Origin: Lama glama
Taxonomy: Eukaryota
Length of the DNA: 64,000 bases
Assembly (NCBI GenBank): GCA_028534125.1
Contig: CM052816.1
Coordinates: forward strand, 3,040,001-3,104,000
Reading direction: 5' to 3'
The notes under the pieces were generated by a model. That model worked only from the letters and a program-made list of their open reading frames with translations. It had not been told where the DNA came from and ran no database searches. This document shows, one piece after another, positions 39,446 through 53,459 of the stretch. Position numbers and translations under genes: made by a program. Each line of letters opens with the position of its first letter. Position 1 is the stretch's first letter.

Positions 39446-40971
39446 TCCCCATCTATGTCATTATTATTTGGGGTGCTCGTTAATAGTCCTGATTCCCCGA
39501 CTGTCATTCTAACAAGCTCCCCAGGCGTTTCTCTGCTCTCTGGAACGGCAGTCTGCTCGAGCTGGCGGGAAGCTGTGGGAAGAACTCTGGCAAATACTAT
39601 TCCAATTTGCATGAAAGCAAGATAATCATGCTTAGTTAGCCCCTCTGGGTCTTTACATTCTCATCTGAAATATGGTAGAATTGCCCGAAGAATGAAAATA
39701 TAACTGCATGTAAAGAGCATAATAAACGCTCTATGAATGTTAGCTTATACTTAAGTGTACAATGAAACTGAAGGACGGGGTGGATCATAGTCCTCAATTT
39801 CCTACACCGTATGCAAAAAGAAACCTACACCTACACCAGAAAGACGCTAGTATTAAGGAAAATCCACCATCACTGGTTTTCTAAGCATTGCCGTACACCT
39901 GGAGGAAACCAGGATCCTGCAGTTGGAGGACAGGTTGATGGAGGATTTACAAAACCTGGTTGTACTTCAGGGCCTCTGTTCAGCAAAACATTTTTTGTGT
40001 TTTGATATTGAAATGATAGTCTGTACCAAAGGCCCAGACATTATCCCCTCACCCAGCAGAGCCAAGATGTTTCCACTTACCTGCAGGCCACACAAATCAC
40101 CTTCCTAACCGCCAGCACTCCCCCAAATTGCTATCAACTGGTATTAATTCTATACAAGTTGCTTTTGTGTATAAAGTTTAAGATTTGGAAAGGAAACCTG
40201 AAAGAATTCTATTCTCTACCTTAGACAGCAGGATGAAAATTAATATGCAACTGTGAAGTATACTTCAGGATGAATACATGCTGCAAAATAAAGATAAAAA
40301 CCATCCAATAATGCTTCTAATAGCACTACATAATAGGTTTAATTATGGCATAAATATTAAACCTAGGCTTATTCCTTTGCTCAAAACCCCCTGCCCCAAC
40401 ACAAACCTCAAGCCTGCTAACTGCTGGGGATTCAAGGAATACGTGCATGCCCCTCCACCGTACAGCAAAATCGAGTGATAGCCCCTGTAATATCACACAG
40501 CACCCACAGAAAGCACAAACCTTCCTTGGGTGGTTGTCTTGAAAATGTGCATTAATACTTATTTGTATTTGTTTCGCTATAAAATGCTGTAAATTTACTT
40601 GCCATTTACTTACGTTGGCCAATCGAGTGCTACATTCTCACTGCCTTACTTGGCCTATACCTGTATATCTAGGTATACTGGTCTAGGTGTATCACAGTCT
40701 AGGTATTAGACTATTTGGGCCTTGTTACCCAAAGTGTGATATACTGAAGACCATCTACATCAAAAGCCTTTGAACCCCCAAATCATGGGGAGAGGTTGGA
40801 ACTAGCGTTTTAAACAAGGGTTTCAAGCAAATTTTCTGCATCCGGAAGTCTGTGAACCACCGCTGTGATGACAGATGTGATCCTGGCTTATGTAAAAACA
40901 CACACGGAAGTTGGACTCATACTGCATTTGTATGAAAAAAAGAGAAAAATTAGGCCAAGGGAGTTGAAACC

Positions 40972-40977
40972 TTTATT
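40972..40977 (-). terminator. Candidate THG1L poly(A) signal AATAAA
   Basis: TTTATT on + strand about 1.3 kb downstream of THG1L stop, with U-rich sequence downstream on the transcript. Confidence 0.4.
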
Positions 40978-42301
40978 TTTTTCTCTCAAAGAAATTTTAT
41001 CAATGACCAAACATGAGCCATGCCTCCTATTCCTGTGGAGCGAAGAGAAGAGGAAGGGAAAAAAAGGCATGGACAGATGGGGTGTCAATTAGTGAGGGAT
41101 GAGACCAGCCGTCGCCCCGTCAAAAATACATTTTCTCCTTGGCTGTAAATTCTACAATGCAAGACCAGGCACTGGGATGTGGGCTGTCTCTTAATTAATT
41201 CTTTACAGAGCCAAATTAATCTTTTTCCTCTAAAATATGGAATGTGGACGAGAGGAAATGCAGGTTCTCCCACCTCCTATCTCCACCGCCTCCCCTCTTC
41301 AGAGGCCAAAAGCTTGGCAACACGCAATTCCTGCTGCTCCCCACCCAGCTCCGCTGGCAGGTGAACTATTAGGACTCCTTTGACAGCTGCCACCTGTGCC
41401 CCCGAGGGGAATGTTGGCCCCTCTACTCTCCAATTCAAATGCCATTGTTCTGATGATATAGGCCACCTGAGAATCTTTTTCAGGAAGTCCAACAGGAAGG
41501 TGACTTTTTAAAACTGAAGTATCTTGAGGACACAGAGTAAATGTTTCTTCCTCCACATTCATTGCCACATGTTTCTCTCTCATATACACAAGTAATTCTC
41601 TTTCTTCTTAGAAAGAGGTAAGTGGCCTTGGAATCACTGCCCCTGGCAAGAGGCTGAGGATGCTGACAGCTCCACAAAATCAATCTACAGGATGTTTACA
41701 CAAGGACATCCAAACTACGACTCATTTGTTCAGCCCAAGTAGCCAACCTGGAGACTGGCACAATACCCCGAGTTTGCCCTGGAATTCCTGGATTCATAGC
41801 CATTAGGCAGGCAACAACCCATATTAACCCCATGTCTGCCAAAGATAAATGCAAGCGGATGGGTGGGAAAGGTGAGGCTACCAAGGGCACTGGGTTCTCC
41901 AGTTAAGAACAGGTGGGCGAAAGTAAAGCTTGGGCTCATCTTCTATCACAGGTGAAAAGAGCTTCACGGGTTTTTATAAGACTTATGCCACAATCTAAAA
42001 ATGATTCATTCTGCAAGGGATAAAATAGTTCTTGCTTTATAAAAATAGTACCACGATTTTTTAAAAAATGCACTTCTATCAAAGGAACCACGTTTCGACA
42101 CCGCAAAAAAGGTGTTCTACTTAAAACAGAACATGATACACCACCCACATCCATCCCTTCTTTCCCCGTTCCCCTCCCAACCAGAGTCACGCCACTCCCA
42201 GGACACTGTTCTGGGTGGCACAGATGCCAGGGCCACCTACGGCCAGGAGACTTAGGGGGGCCCTGCATGGTCAAGCAAAACCAGGACTGAAAAGTAAAGG
42301 G

Positions 42302-42463
42302 TCAGCTGTCTTCATCCAGGATCTCTGGATGCTCCTTCCAGAAAGCATCCCCGATGACGTCACAGTGTAAGGGCGCTGGCTTCATCCTGGTCCGGGTCAC
42401 CACCTTCTGTTCTCCTTCCACTTCTGCTGGCAGCTTAACTTCTTTTGTCATGACTTCATCCAC
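42302..42463 (-). CDS. THG1L: THG1L exon 6 (stop)
   Basis: tgtag|[65 protein letters not shown]. Confidence 0.96.
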   Translation of the reverse strand: MDEVMTKEVKLPAEVEGEQKVVTRTRMKPAPLHCDVIGDAFWKEHPEILDEDS

Positions 42464-42743
42464 CTACATGTGTAATTAAAATGTTGACACTGTTAAGTAG
42501 AGAGTGGGTTTGGGAGAGAAATGGGAAATGTGGGGGTAGCTGGCTTTTTTACTTTATATACTTCTGACATACTATTTTTCACGCATACAGATACACACAC
42601 ATGTATCTCACCGTACATGAATTTCTTTACAACTAAAAATACTTTAAAAGTCATGTTGCTATATCCTGAAAGGAGATCTTAAGAACAAAGGAGGGATTTC
42701 ATGCTCCTTGTTGGCAATAATCATAGAATTAAAGACATTTCTG

Positions 42744-42840
42744 GGGGAGGGAAGTATAGCTCAGTGGTAGAATGTGTGCTTGGTATGCACAAGGTCCTCA
42801 GTTCAATCCCCAGGGCCTCTGTTAAGGGGAGAAAAAAAAA
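42744..42840 (+). mobile_element. Vic-1-type SINE in THG1L intron 5 (antisense to gene)
   Basis: tatagctcagtggtaga...gttcaatcccc, A tail; TSD aaagacatttctg (42731-42743) / aaagatatttctg (42838-42850). Confidence 0.85.
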
Positions 42841-43595
42841 GATATTTCTGCTCTCCCATCTGCATTAAGAAGTATCCAAGACTGTGCCAAAGAACAAATA
42901 TGTTTAAAAATTACTAATAAAAGAGCTGAAGTTGCCAGTGGGATACCTAGCTCTCAGGGTACCCCTTAATACTTGAAAACATTCATCTCAGAAGAAACTA
43001 CTTTAGACAGAAGGAAATAAATTTACAGACATTATTATGCCCAGGAGCTGGCAGAGAGAAAATACTGGTAGAATTAAAAATTTAGGTCAACGCATAGGCT
43101 TATTACAGAGTATTACGTATGAATGTCTGGGGAATCTCTCGAACATTCTGCAAGGACAGAACCCTCATAAACGACATCAGTGCCTCAGATTACAATTCTC
43201 ACAGGATGGATGGACCATTTAATGGAATTATCCAGTGTGGGAGAAAGTATTTTTTAAATGTTCTCTGAATGCAAAAATCCTCACAGCTGCACTGTACCTG
43301 TTTCAAGGGGTTTGATTAGATGTGGGGAGAGCTTATGACACAGAAAAATAAGTGTCCTAATTTCTAAAATTCTGTGATTCTACTTACAGAAGGGGAGAGT
43401 TGAGGTCACAAAGTTCACTGACAAACAGACAAAGCAAGCATCCAAAATACTAATCTAGAGCGTCTCGTTTTAGAAAGGGTCTAATTCATGCCAGCAACTG
43501 GAGTCACATCAGCAAACAGGCAGCAGGCAAGACAGAGCCTGGGACGGGCACAGGCTGCTTCTGACCCCCATCGCCTTCGTACATAGCAGCATTAC

Positions 43596-43703
43596 CTTCT
43601 GCCACAGCAACACAGTCCCCTTCCTATACATCACGGGCTCGTTATTGTAGTTGATGTTGAATTCAGAAAATAAAATCTCATTCTTGTCTGCTGTGACAGT
43701 TCC
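43596..43703 (-). CDS. THG1L: THG1L exon 5
   Basis: ttcag|GGAACT...CAGAAG|gtaat; 108 nt [36 protein letters not shown]. Confidence 0.96.
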
Positions 43704-44910
43704 CTGAAGAAAGGAAAACAGACAGAAAGAGCTTTGTAGGTCTTCCCTCCCCCTTGACCCCATCTATCCATCCCAGTCTCTATTGAAAGTTCCACAAACA
43801 GATCAAGAGGTGGAAGCGTTTTATCGAACGCTGCATAGATATTAATTAATTTTCATTTTAAGAGCAGTTCAAATCTTACTTAAATGTCAAAATTCCTAAA
43901 ATTCTCCTAAAATCACTGGCTTTACAAGTCACCACTGTGACGGGGTGAGAGGAACGAACAGGAAGAGTATCGATTCTGTACGAGATACTTCACGCCTATC
44001 TTCTTCTTTGACCCTCACAACCATCTCCATTTTGGAGATGAGAGTTATGAAGCTCAGAAAGAGAATATAAATTGCCCAAGACTGAATGTGCTCTTATTCT
44101 TACAAGAATCAAAATCTAAACTCGGCATTCCCAAACTGGCCAGGTCCATCAGCCTTCCTGCTGTTGCTATATATACGTCTTCACCATTATTGTTAACAAT
44201 GACGACCATTTACTGAGTCATTATAATGTACCAGGCACTGTATTAGGAGCTGTTACAACACATCATCTCATTTCAGATCCGTTATCCTACAAGTACCATG
44301 GTCATCTAATAACAAAAGCCAGTATTTATTAAGTCCCTGCAGTGTGCTTTGTACTCGCCTATGTGTTTTACATTCATCATGCCATTTAATTCTCACCATA
44401 AACCTGTGAGGTAGGAACTATTATTTTCCACATTTTACCTAGAAAGAACTGAGGCAAAGAGGATAAAATTAAATGGAAGTATCTGAGAACAATTATTTGA
44501 CCCCCAGAGCCTGAACACCTAGTGATACATAGGGGTCAAAAACCTAAGAAATGCCAGGCTTACAGCAGGGAATGGGACTGAAGAGGCCAGGTGGGACTGC
44601 CAAAACAGAAGAGTTCGTGCCCTAGATAAAGAGGGCAGCCGATACCCAGGTCCAGGCAAGCATTACCACGTGGGAGTCCACAGCCAGTGTCATTGATTCC
44701 ACTTTTCAGCTGAGGACACTGAAACTCAGGGAGAAGTAGTAGCTTATCCACAGTCACAAAGCAAGCAAGCAGCAGAGCTGCTTCAGGTGTGATCTTAAAT
44801 CCTTTTGAAACAAAGCTACAAAAATTTGGAGCTTAAAAGGAAGGCAAGATATCATGGGGGAGTGTACAATAAACTGTCCCCAGTTAAGTATTAATGCAGT
44901 AAGACCCTTA

Positions 44911-45054
<144 letters not shown>

Positions 45055-45559
45055 TCACCCTTCGAAGAGTCCTGGAGCCCTGCCTGTCTCCTCTTTAAAG
45101 AGACTTTAGAGACATTTAGTTACTTGCCCAAAGCCATATACACTGAACATGAGGGGAAGTGGTCAAGCAGAAAAAAACCTTATTTCTTAACAGTTTTATC
45201 CTGTCATTTCAGTTGTGCTTTACACAAATCTGTTATATTGTGCATTAAGCCAAGGAATACTTTCAAAGTTACTTGATTTATATTATTCCCATCTCTTTCC
45301 CAGTTCTTTTGGCAAAATCAAGACACACCAAAGGGGTCTCACAAACATTTCATCATAGTCATGTATACAAGGGCCATGACACGCACTGAGGCCAGCACAA
45401 ACACACATGTGTAAAGCAAAGCAGGTGACCCCAGAGGAATAGGAGGGAATGGTACAGACCCTGACACACTGGCTCCTGGGTTCATGTATTATGTGTCTAT
45501 AAAGGCCACAGTCACTGCACAGGTTCTGTCCAATACTCAGTGGGAATAGACCTAGGATT

Positions 45560-45700
45560 GACAGGTCTTCTGATTTTTCAAAAAAAAAGCTGGATATAGG
45601 GAGTATTTACTTAAAATCTCCCAATTTTTCAAGTATTTGCAACTAATTAAAAAAACTTGAAGTACTGCATTCCAAACAAAATACACATGAGCCAAAACAG
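45560..45700 (+). mobile_element. MER102-like hAT-Charlie fragment
   Basis: tcttctgatttttcaa...aaatctcccaattttt...gcaactaatt...ccaaacaaaatacacat resembles recalled MER102. Confidence 0.55.
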
Positions 45701-45764
45701 TATAAGACCACCACCTCTAATACATGGAATTAGCAGTTTAATTACATCTGTTAATTTGGTTTCA

Positions 45765-46031
<267 letters not shown>

Positions 46032-46606
46032 TTACACGAAGTGTCCAGCAAACCAAGAGATAAGATGCATTGGGCCAAGAAAAACTCTTAATATTTCAGT
46101 TATACAACTGAAATGCAGCTTGTCTCTCCTTTTAGTCCTATGAGTAATCTACTAATACCAAACTTTTCTCTGTAGGGTGTGATGTGAACTTATGGTTAAA
46201 GAAGGTTTTTCTCCCCCCAGTCTTGGAAGGAGGGAAGCCATTGTTTTAAAAACTTACCAGTTCACTATATGACTTGTTTCCTGGGAGTTTCAATATACTG
46301 CCAAAGCAAATATCAGATCTATTTTGTACTGTGATTCTCCTTAAATTAAAGTTTAGTCTCTGTATCTAGTCTTAATGTTCAATGCCAGATCAATCTAGAA
46401 GCTAAGGTGATGAGGAGTAGAGGGAAAGAATCAGATAAAGAGGCATACAGAAGGCCCAGATATCAGATGGAAGTACAACAGTCTACCATATTATATACAT
46501 ACATCCTGCAGTTGCAAATACTGCAGTCTTTAAGTCTGTGATTAAGATAAGCAGAAACCAAATGCTGGTAGGAAATATTCTGAAGGAGATACACCACAGA
46601 ATTTTA

Positions 46607-46852
<246 letters not shown>

Positions 46853-47151
46853 TCAAAGGGAGTGTTAAAAGAGGAAGACACTGCAGAAGTGCTGAGTTCA
46901 GAAATTCCACTAGCCACAACCTGATCCCTTTTGTTAAGTACTCAAGTTTTTTCTTGCTCTGACCAACTGAGAAAAAGGGAGATAAATGCTGTTTTCATTC
47001 TCCATGCTGTGAAGTGGGGACAAAGTGTCTTTACTTCATAGGATTGTCCTGAAGATAATCAGGGAGACAACAAATACAACTATGCCCAGCTCCTTGGAAG
47101 TGTTCAATACATGTTAATTACAAGAATCATTATTAAAGTAGCACTTTTTAA

Positions 47152-47248
47152 AATTTATTTACTTTTTTCATGGAGGTACTGGGGATTGAACCCAGGACCT
47201 CGTGCTTGCTAGGCATGCGCTCTACCACTGAGCTATACCCTCCCCCTC
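47152..47248 (-). mobile_element. Vic-1-type SINE in THG1L intron 1 (sense to gene)
   Basis: Minus strand GGGGGAGGGTATAGCTCAGTGGTAGAG...GGTTCAATCCCCAGTACCTCCA; exact 18-bp TSD taaagtagcactttttaa at 47134-47151 and 47249-47266. Confidence 0.92.
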
Positions 47249-47579
47249 TAAAGTAGCACTTTTTAAGAATTAAATGCCCATCTTTTTGTTAACACCTTTT
47301 TTCCCCTGGCTCTTTCCCCCTCCTGAATCTAGTCCACGCAGCCTGATAGTGATAACGAAACAAAAACATACTATACAGTGCTGCTCACAGCAAGGCCTAA
47401 ACAGGCCGCTGAACAGCCATTCCTCAAATACCCAACAAAATAGTTTGGCAATTGGCTGAAGAGCTGAAATAATGCGCCCAAAAGTGACATCTTCTACCAG
47501 AGCCTTGTTAACGGGCACCTCAGGTCTGCTCCTCACCAGGTGAGCACCCCGTTTCATTTAACTACCCTGACCAGCTCAG

Positions 47580-48120
47580 GTTCGAACAGTGTAGCCAGCA
47601 CGAAGGGTGATGCTCAATACCGCGCGCTCATTGGCTGCCGCGTTACCCCGGTAACCATGAACTGTGACCGGAGCTGTTGGATTTCCGCAAAGTGCTGGTG
47701 CGCCACGGAGCCCCGACCCGAGGTCGCTCACCGATGGAAATTCCTGCCATCCAGCCGCACCACCACCCAACAGTGGGCCAGGCAGGTATCGTCAGCCTCG
47801 AAGTTCCGCACGTATTCGAACTTGCTCTTTGCCATGGTCGCTCCCAATTTCAGAAACCGTCTCAGAATGACGGAAGTGGTGGCCAAGCTATCGCGAACCT
47901 TCAGTTTGCAAGCGGCCCTCATTTCCCCCACGGAAAGAAAAGGACAAAGAAGCCCCGCCCCCCGGAAGTTCCTGTGTCTTTTTTCAAGACCGCTCTAGCC
48001 GTAGTGGAGGCCAGTATTTCTCTCGCCTCTCCTTGTAGTTCCTAATCGACTTTCGGGGTTGAAAGGAGAGTTCCATTCTTTGCACTACCCGTGGCTGCTC
48101 GCCTTTCTCCTAACGTCCTG
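47580..48120. promoter_or_regulatory. THG1L CpG-rich promoter
   Basis: CpG-rich; GC box CCCCGCCCC 47953-47961 directly next to ETS/GABP motif CCGGAAGT 47962-47969. Confidence 0.75.
47732..47922 (-). CDS. THG1L: THG1L exon 1 (tRNA-His guanylyltransferase 1-like)
   Basis: [63 protein letters not shown]; donor CG|gtgagc; six exons total 897 nt = 298 aa + stop. Confidence 0.96.
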
Positions 48121-50189
48121 CAACAAATCACTTTCACTAAGCCTAAAAAAATCCCTTCTGGCCAAGTTTGAAGGTTTAATTGTGTGTTTTTTTTTCCTTT
48201 CTAAATTACATGCGTTAATTTGTTGTAGAAAATGTGGAATATACCGAAAAAATGTAACTAAGAAAATTAACACTTTTGAGTCTCCCCTATCCCCGTGGAA
48301 GCATTGTTCCCTCCAGTGTCTTTTTGTATATATATGTTTACACAGGGAACACACAAGATTGGAATCAGACACCTATGCAGTTTTTATATTTTTTCCATTT
48401 ACCTTGTTTATTTTCCAATGTCATTAAATATTCCAAAGCATGACTTCAAAAAAAATTTAAAAAAAAAACCTCTTATTCCAGCATACAGAGTACTAAATGA
48501 ACTTACTCAACTTTTTCACAATTAAACAAAGACCCAGTGTTTGCTTTCTTGTTGCTTGGTAGATAATAGTAACAACAAAACCCTAATATTTGTGTGATGT
48601 ATGATTTATAAAGCTCTTTTGAATTCATTACCTATTTACATTCTTTTTTAACCCTGGAGAAAATATTATTCAAACAATATAGAAGGATATATGATGAAAA
48701 ATAAATCTCTCACTGACTCTTAACTCCCTATTTTAGGTGATCACTGTTACCAGTTTCTTGTATGTCCATCCAGAGAGAGATACATATGTTTTGTTTCTGG
48801 GCAAATTATGCTCTGAGACTGAGATTGTGTTTGCCAATATTTTACTTACTACAGGTCACTGTGGGAATTATAATAATTTCACAAGCCAGTAGCATACAGG
48901 ATATATCTCCCAATAAGCCAATAAAGAAATAACATACTCTAAACAAGAGACAGATTAATTACACTATTGTTCCAGGCAAAGGGAGATAACAGATAAAGAC
49001 CCTCTTCAGTTGAGGTGTATCTTTCCTATGAGGTTGGTTCTGGGGAGAGTCATCCTAGCCAACTGTGAGCTGATGTCCAGCTGCCAGTAAACGAAGTGAA
49101 AAGTCCCCTGTTGCTAGAGCACAAGACCTGGTGTTGACCAGCCAGATGACCTTTGCAGGGTACCTGCACAGCTTTCCCCACTGCCAGTAAAAGAGTTGCC
49201 TTTACCCAGCAGAAGCTAATGCCCCAAGGGTCTTTAGAGAGCTGTTTGGTCAGCAAAGGGTCATCTTGCCCAGATGGAAACTCTCAGATTGTCCTCACAA
49301 ACTCTGGGTCTTTTGTCTAAATGTGTCCTCGCCATGGCTGCTTCTTAGTCTGTATTTAATTGATAAGCCCCCAGTGGGGCCCCTCAGCAGCTGACCTTCT
49401 GACTGCTTATCAATGACAACAGATGAGGTGATGACATCCTGATACAACGTACTTCATTCTTAAAGCAAAACTTTACTTCAAAAAACAACTTTTTTTTTGT
49501 CTTTGCCATTAACAAGTTGATGAAAACTTACATTTAAGTCATAAACAAGTAGATGTGAAATTGTATCAAACCACCTGGAGGTTTCTGGAGCAGTCTAACC
49601 CAGTAGAAGAGAGGCAGCAATTATGTGATGTACCTGAGGACAGGACGGGGATACCTCACTGCAGTCCCCCGCAGCCTTTGGGGCCTAGAAAAGGTCATCA
49701 TCATTATCAGTCCCATAAGAAGGAGCTCAGAGGTTGGGGATTGGTAGGAACTGGGAATTGCCTCTGAGGCCACTGGGCAAGTAATTCACCCCTCCTAGAC
49801 AGGATTTGGAGATAGAGCTAGAAGGGCCAAAGGGAGCTATGGCTGCTCCTCTTCAGGAGATTCTTGGAGGATTGGGATGGTGCTAAAAATGGCCCTAGGC
49901 ACCATGCCAACCCAGGAAGAGAGGACTTCCCACCACCAGGCCAATTACACAGAAGGCCTCTGACTTGCCTACACTTCAGCCTAGCCCTCAGTGGAAATTA
50001 AGCCTTGAAAAGAGGGGAGTGATGAAGAGAATCTTACAACGAGACTGTGCCTCTCACCTCCATTCCTGGTTGTTGGAGTGGGAGCAGAGTGCAAAAGCAG
50101 ACCCTGGGCCTCCCACTCCAAGCCCCTTCAAGCAATAGGCCTGCCCTGTACTGGGTCTTGGTGGGGAGGGGACACTTTTCACAAAACGA

Positions 50190-50605
50190 CAAAGACTGTA
50201 TAATTCTGGAAATTCAATGAGGTGCGTAGAGTAGTCAAATTCAAGAGACAAAGTAGAATGATGGCTGAAAGGGGACGGGGACAGTGGGAAAAGGGGAGTT
50301 GTTAACGGGTATAGAATTTCGATTTTCTAAGATGAAAACAGTTCTGGAGGTTGGTTGCACAACAACGTGAATGTACTTAACACTACTGAACTGTACATTT
50401 AATAATGGTTAAAATGGGGGTGAAGGTATAGCTCAGTGGTAGAGTGCCTGCCTAGCATGCACAAGATCCTGGGTTCAATCCCTAGTACTTCCATTAAATA
50501 ATTAAGTAAAATAAATAAACTTGATTACTCCCCCACACACAAATGGTTAAAATGGTAAATTTCATGTTACGTGTTTTTTTTTACCAAAATTAAAGTACAA
50601 GAAAA
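50190..50605 (+). mobile_element. Old LINE-1 3' end (L1MA/MB-like) interrupted by a SINE
   Basis: agagacaaagtagaatg...gttctggag...ttgcacaacaacgtgaatgtacttaacactactgaactgtac...atggtaaattt. Confidence 0.8.
50418..50541 (+). mobile_element. Vic-1-type SINE nested in L1
   Basis: ggtatagctcagtggtagagtgc...gggttcaatccc; TSD aatggttaaaatgg at 50404-50417 and 50542-50555. Confidence 0.9.
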
Positions 50606-52009
50606 ATTCTGCACACAACAGATATGTATGATCTAACTGGACACTGACCTTTATTTTTCTTTTAATTCTATTACTGAGAAGATCATTTAGTCACTGGGGT
50701 TGGCAGAAAGAAAAGTCGCCTTTGGTACGGAAGTCATATTTCACTTTGTCTTCCCTGATGCTGACTCATTTCATTTGTACTAAGAACTGCATTATGTAAA
50801 TGAAACTCAGGGTGGAGGCGGGTAAAAAGAAGGAATAATTTGTCTCTAAAGTCTTCTTCCCCATTCTGAACCACTGTAATCAAATTTCTGGCTAGGAGTC
50901 ATGTATATGATTCCAGGAATGAACTGCCTAGTTCTGTTACGATTTTGAGGCAGACAGAAGCATTAGCACATACCAGGATATACATGAGTTTAAAATTTAG
51001 AACTATTGCTCTAGAATAAATGAATGATTACAGGCCTTGCAGTTGCTACATGTGTTCTGCATTTTTGAGACATGGCTTGCATAAGTCAGAGTGAATAGAT
51101 TTAGTTTCTAAAGACTCACTGATTGTATATTCCAGAAGTCATGGGGATGTGGTCACTGGAGGGCTTGGAAAAAAATACTAGGGGAAAAGAAAGGGGAAAT
51201 TACATGTATGTTTCCTAGTCCACCTGATCTCGTTCCACTTAATTGCATGAATTTACTCTTTCACTGAACAAATATTTCTTAATTTCCTACTATGTGCCAC
51301 GCACACTGCGGTGCAACAGCAAACCATACAGCCGTGGTGCCTGCACAGTGGGGTTCATGGCCAGTTGAGGAAGACAGACACTAAACGAGAGTTTCACAAG
51401 TAACTGTTGAACTAGAACTGTGTTAAGTATTATGAAACAGGTTGGAGGCCCTGTCCTGATTGGGGGCCTGGGGATAGTCCATAAAGTTTCCTCTGAGAAA
51501 GTAGTATTTAAATTGAGACCTGAATGATGAGGTCAAAAGACAGCTTGTGCCATATGTTCTTGAAACTGTTGAATTTTTATGTTGAATGATCATTTTGCCA
51601 AAACATTTTGCCTCTATAAAGTTTTGGAAAAGTACCCAGAGTAATGTGAGTCCATATCATGGATCAGCCAATTAATAAACACCTACTGGGAACCTTCGGT
51701 GTGTAAGGGCACTGGGCAACACACTGACTTGAGAAAATATAATAAATAATAATTATACCTTCCAGACGTAAGAAACTCAGAATTTCCAAACTATATTCTT
51801 TTTTTATTAGCTCATTTTCCCCTTTCAATGAGTGCGGGGAGGCTGAACAATAACCCTTTCCATTTTATAAGAAAGGAAACAAACTCTGTGGGAGCTGGTT
51901 AAGGGACTGCCCAATATCCCATGTCTTCCACAGCTAGGGTTGGAACTCAGTTCTTCTGATGCCAAGTCCGCTCTGCCACCTTGCCTTTCTATGGGTTTTA
52001 AAGAAATGA

Positions 52010-52570
52010 AGTACATAGCTGTTGTTTTGCCTGCCCAGCATCCCTCTTACTGTCTTTTGGCAAAGATACCCCAGCTGTCCTTTTCCTACTCTCAGACCAT
52101 TTAATTCATGTGGGGATAACCCATCTCACCTCTGCTCCAGGGTGAGCACCTGACCAAAGCCACTGTGGTGTCTCAGTGTGGACTAGAAAAATGAACCCTC
52201 CAGCAGATAATGTTGTGCACCAGGCAAAGGCTTGGCAAGGATACCTCACGCTGGATATCAGCCCCTGCTTGTCCCCTTGGCAATGAATAAACTGCACAAA
52301 TACTTGTGGTGGCCTCACCGGTAACTGAGCGCTGGCTAGTCAGGGTCCAAGCCAAGCCAATGGGACAGTCTGGTACAGTGCTACAATGACTGAGGAACTC
52401 TGTTCCTATTAGACCTACTATACAGGTGGCCACGTAGCCTCAAGAGGGAAGAGCCACCTCACCTCCCGTGAATTAGGTCAACACAAAGCAAAAAAAAAAA
52501 AAAAAGAAAATCTGAGAGATGAGAAAAAAATTTCTGATGATACTGAACATCATGCCTGGAGCTACTGCTA
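52010..52570. mobile_element. Probable MaLR (MLT1-type) LTR relic
   Basis: tgcctgcccagcatcc...agggtgagcacctgacc...tctgatga...atgcctgga resembles MLT1 LTR layout; very degenerate. Confidence 0.4.
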
Positions 52571-52730
52571 CACCTATACTCTTAAAAGTTTCAGGAGAGC
52601 AGGGACCTTGCTTAATATTTTTCAAAGCTGTTTCCCTGTGGCATAGAACACATGGGAAGCAATCAATAAATGCTTATTGAGAGAGTAAGCCATTAAGTTC
52701 CTTTTTTGTATATGAAATCAGGTTCTTAGA

Positions 52731-53154
52731 TGCCATATGACATTATTTGTATGAGGAATCTAAAAAATAATAACAATAATGAGGACACAAATGAACTACT
52801 TTTATTTATAACTTAGATGATTGATTTCTTGAATATGTGTAAGGACATTTGACTGTCCTTTAATGATTGGATTACCACATTCTGTTGATTCTTATTTTGT
52901 GGTTGGCTTTATTCCTTTGATAACTATGTAAGATTAAAAAGCTAAAGCTCTAATCTGTTCTTAGAAACAATAATTAGTACATATATGTAAACTAAAAAAA
53001 GTGCAGTATACTGTATATATGTATTTATATGCAATATAATATGTATGTGCAGTCAAACTGTAATAATTCTACCTAATAAAACTGAAAAAGGAAAATAAAT
53101 AAATAAATAAGTACATAAATACATAAATAAATAAAAACTGAGAGAAAAAAAAAA
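52731..53154 (+). mobile_element. TSD-flanked retro-insertion with L1-like 5' part and poly(A) tail
   Basis: Flanks gaaatcaggttcttaga / gaaatcaggactttaga; AATAAA and (TAAA)n/A tail. Confidence 0.65.
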
Positions 53155-53459
53155 GAAATCAGGACTTTAGAAGTCTCAATTCATCAGGGTATAAATAAAT
53201 AATAACATTTTTTTCCCAACAGCTACTCTCTCATGTTGTCCTTTCTTTCTGGTTAGCAATTCCCTTAAAGAACCTTGGCTAGATCTCATATTTTCTCAGT
53301 TACTAAAATGGGTAAGTGTTAGTATTCAAATGTTGTTCAAAAGCATGGTGCTCCCCCAGTGCAGGCAACTCTCCTGCTTTGTCCTACTCCCCTGTCAACT
53401 CAGGATGGGGAAGTGGTGATACAGTGGATCTGGATCACGTGAATTAATCTGCAGATATT

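Noticed and set aside
48790..50180. Possible ERV/LTR relics upstream of THG1L
   Set aside because: Composition is suggestive but I cannot assign family or boundaries without a Dfam search
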